Shown here: in pieces, positions 61,883 through 64,000 of the stretch
How the letters are laid out: the number at the start of each line of letters is the position of its first letter
How positions within the stretch are numbered: the stretch's first letter is position 1
Notes under the pieces: generated by a model
Databases searched by the model: none
The model's input: the letters and a program-made list of their open reading frames with translations, nothing else
What the model was told of the DNA's origin: nothing
DNA from: Alphaproteobacteria bacterium
Lineage (GTDB): Bacteria > Pseudomonadota > Alphaproteobacteria > Rs-D84
Assembly: GCA_024402765.1 (NCBI GenBank)
Contig: JAKSTC010000002.1
Coordinates: forward strand, 34,037-98,036
Direction of reading: 5' to 3'
DNA length: 64,000 nucleotides
Made by a program: the position numbers and the translations under genes

Positions 61883-62269
61883 TTGAATTGCCGCACCACA
61901 ATCAGACGCACACCCCGACGCACATGCCGATTTGTCACTGTATGATTTTAAATATACCCAATACGATGATATCGGTCGTTGCATTTCACACCAACAATGA
62001 ACACCTTCGTCCGCGGCAACCGTATATAATGCCGTGTTCGCTGTTCCTGTTGTCCCACTGATGTCATTACATGCCGCATTGCCAGTTATTGTATATTGCG
62101 GAAATGTCGCAGACCATGTTTTGTTTGTCGCATTCGTCACACTATGCGATGTGCCGTTGGTTGATTTACTAACACTCGCAATATATGTGCTTTTATGCTT
62201 ACACATCATGGTCGCAAAAGATGGGGTAATGCAAAACATACATAGCAAAAATACTATGATTTTTTTCAT
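61838..62269 (-). CDS. Paralog of the DGR target protein (143 aa, secreted), with a diverged VR-like C-terminus
   Basis: Signal peptide MKKIIVFLLCMFCITPSFA. ...GVHCWCEMQRPISSYWVYLKSYSDKSACASGCASDCGAAIQSNATYRTNVLDAVW. Convergent with the RT gene and overlaps it by 45 nt. Confidence 0.7.
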   Translation of the reverse strand: MKKIIVFLLCMFCITPSFATMMCKHKSTYIASVSKSTNGTSHSVTNATNKTWSATFPQYTITGNAACNDISGTTGTANTALYTVAADEGVHCWCEMQRPISSYWVYLKSYSDKSACASGCASDCGAAIQSNATYRTNVLDAVW

Positions 62270-62410
62270 TTCTCTGTCCTATTTTATAATTTGTTACATC
62301 TATGATTATAGGATTTTATGTGATATTATGCAATAACTTTTTTATTCGTAAAAATACTTTTACTTTCTTTTATTGTTGTTCGTTCTGTTTTTGTCATTGT
62401 TCGTTCTGTT

Positions 62411-62890
62411 GCACTTACTCTCTTTTGTCATTGCGGACTTGGTCCGCAATAGGGTCTATGAAATTAATACTTTGGCATAAAAACGAACCCCACAACCCAG
62501 GTCTTAAAGTCCCTGTTCCGGCCTGCGCTGGAATGACAAACAAGGTCCGCAATAAAAGAAAATTCCACAGCATAACGACATACTTTTTTGTCATTGCGGA
62601 CTTGGTCCGCAATAGGGCTAAGAAATTACAGTGTTCGTCACAAAATCAGTGTTTGTTATAATGGGTAAAAAAACACAGAATGTGACATAAAAACGAACCC
62701 TACGACACAAGGTTTTAAAGACCCTATTGCGGACCAAGTCCGCAATGACAAAATTTATTTGCATAAATTTTGTAAAACAAAAAATCTGTCTACGAAATAC
62801 TTGACAAGCACAGAAATGACAAAAAACATCGGGATGACAACCGTCCGCAATAGGGTCTATGAAATTAATACTTTGGCATAAAAACGAACC
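62411..62890. repeat. Array of nested palindromic repeats (same family as 46612 and 58091)
   Basis: Hairpin core attgcggac-ttg-gtccgcaat at 62430-62450 and 62593-62613, with a variant at 62726-62746. A 48-nt direct repeat gtccgcaatagggtctatgaaattaatactttggcataaaaacgaacc at 62442-62489 and 62843-62890. A gtcattccagcgcaggccgg-type module at about 62510-62540. Confidence 0.85.
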
Positions 62891-62905
62891 GCCAAATCGG
62901 CGGTG
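62884..62905 (-). terminator. Terminator after lptB
   Basis: On the minus strand, ccgcc-gattt-ggcgg followed by a T-rich run. Confidence 0.5.
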
Positions 62906-62908
62906 GTT

Positions 62909-63637
62909 TTACATTGTGAAATCTTCGCCCAGATAGACTTTTTTAACCATTTTATCCTTGATAATTTCACTACTGGTGCCGTGTTTCAAAATCATTCCGT
63001 CGTGTAAAACATAACTGCGGTCGGTAATACCCAATGTTTCACGAACATTGTGGTCGGTGATAATCACACCCAAACCGCGATTCTTTAATTGCGATACCAA
63101 ACTGCGGATTTCGTTAACCGCAATCGGGTCGATTCCTGCAAATGGTTCGTCCAGCAAAATAAACTTTGGATCATTTGCCAACGCGCGCGCAATTTCAACG
63201 CGTCGCCGTTCACCACCCGACAATGCGGTCGCAGGACTGCGTCGCAGGGATGATATAGAAAACTCTTCCAGTAAATTATTTAATTTTTCCACGCGCTTTT
63301 TGTGATTCGGTTCAACAACCTCTAATATTGCCATAATGTTTTGTTCAACCGTCAGACCCCTAAATACGCTGTTTTCCTGGGGCAGGTAACCAATTTTTAG
63401 GCGCGCACGTTGATAAAACGGCAAATGCGTTATGTCCTGGGAATTTAAAAACATCTGACCACCGGTCGCATTTAACTGGCCCGTTATACAATAAAATGCC
63501 GTTGTTTTGCCCGCGCCGTTGGGCCCCAGCAGGCCAACCGATTCGCCCTGGCGCGCATACAGGGATATGTCACGTAAAACCATACGTTTGCCGTATGTCT
63601 TGGATAAATGTTCAACGCGTAGTTCAGATTGCTTCAT
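62909..63637 (-). CDS. lptB: LPS export ABC transporter ATP-binding protein
   Basis: GLLGPNGAGKTT, LSGGERRRVEIARAL, ILLDEPFAGIDP. 242 aa. Confidence 0.93.
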   Translation of the reverse strand: MKQSELRVEHLSKTYGKRMVLRDISLYARQGESVGLLGPNGAGKTTAFYCITGQLNATGGQMFLNSQDITHLPFYQRARLKIGYLPQENSVFRGLTVEQNIMAILEVVEPNHKKRVEKLNNLLEEFSISSLRRSPATALSGGERRRVEIARALANDPKFILLDEPFAGIDPIAVNEIRSLVSQLKNRGLGVIITDHNVRETLGITDRSYVLHDGMILKHGTSSEIIKDKMVKKVYLGEDFTM

Positions 63638-64000
63638 AATTGTATCCCCATTTCGTCTGTTAATATTTTATCACCATTGCTGGAATCAATACGGACATGA
63701 CCATAAAGTGTTAATTTTTTTGTGTCCCGATTGTAACGTGCCCGATTCGCCTGAATGTTATCGGTTATATCCGTACCGTTTTCAATACGCACCACTGTTC
63801 CAGATACACTCTCTAGATATATCATATTGGGGCTATCGTATTCTTGGCGTCCTGACTTGGCATTAATAGTAAATGGCTTGCCATTTGTGTCGGTCCCTGC
63901 AAAAGATGCATTTGACATTTTAAATTGATTACTGACGATGTCTGTCATATTTATTGCAGATATTGGTGTCCATAAAATCTGGCGCGTGAAAAGTGCGCCC
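63634..64000 (-). CDS. LptA/LptC (OstA-like) periplasmic LPS transport protein, 5' end outside window
   Basis: The frame stays open upstream of the first Met to the window edge (..GALFTRQILWTPISAINMTD..). Beta-jellyroll-like repeats are present. The stop overlaps the lptB start (ATGA). Confidence 0.55.
   Translation of the reverse strand, partial: GALFTRQILWTPISAINMTDIVSNQFKMSNASFAGTDTNGKPFTINAKSGRQEYDSPNMIYLESVSGTVVRIENGTDITDNIQANRARYNRDTKKLTLYGHVRIDSSNGDKILTDEMGIQL

Noticed and set aside
62411-62890. CRISPR array
   Set aside because: The repeats are palindromic, of several types, in both orientations and irregularly spaced. There are no cas genes. The region fits REP/MITE-like elements instead.

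Overview
An AT-rich bacterial chromosome segment. It is probably an alphaproteobacterium, because it carries a CcrM-type N6-adenine methyltransferase. It may be anaerobic or host-associated, given a PFOR and a choloylglycine-hydrolase-family enzyme; both points are inference.

The housekeeping backbone is clpB (5' truncated), tRNA-Ala, rpsU, tRNA-Gln, ccrM, nrdR, slt, rnhB, pgk, clpP, clpX, infA, rpsF-rpsR-rplI, recO, polA, pth, tRNA-Leu, rpsB-tsf, tyrS, an EnvC-like dLytM protein, ctpA, PFOR, bamE-like, carD, lptB and a truncated lptA/C-like gene.

Accessory content interrupts this backbone:

1. **A complete diversity-generating retroelement (DGR) at about 59.4-62.3 kb.** A 136-nt TR/VR pair differs at 13 positions, and every one is a TR adenine. 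The adjacent reverse transcriptase has YCDD and IGNLTSQ motifs. The gene order is unusual (TR, spacer, small non-Avd-like ORF, RT), and there are two further paralogous target-like genes, one of them 13 kb away.
2. **A four-member family of large secreted cysteine-rich proteins** (17.4-24.9 kb and 37.0-39.1 kb) sharing the motif C-x6-C-M-D-[EQ]-F-C-x9-C-x-C-S. I cannot assign it to any family I know.
3. **Envelope proteins:** a Pmp-like autotransporter, an S8 protease autotransporter, and an orphan MotA/MotB-like pair.
4. **A degenerate Fic protein plus an APH-like kinase**, and a separate RhuM-Doc protein.
5. **Nested att-like direct repeats** at tRNA-Gln.
6. **A tRNA-Leu with anticodon AAG.**
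7. **Palindromic MITE/REP-like repeats** next to each DGR-target paralog locus.
8. **Two promoter-plus-structured-leader regions** ending in a shared 32-nt hairpin, upstream of secreted-protein genes that begin MKRLF.

All calls come from reading the sequence and the ORF translations. No database search was run.
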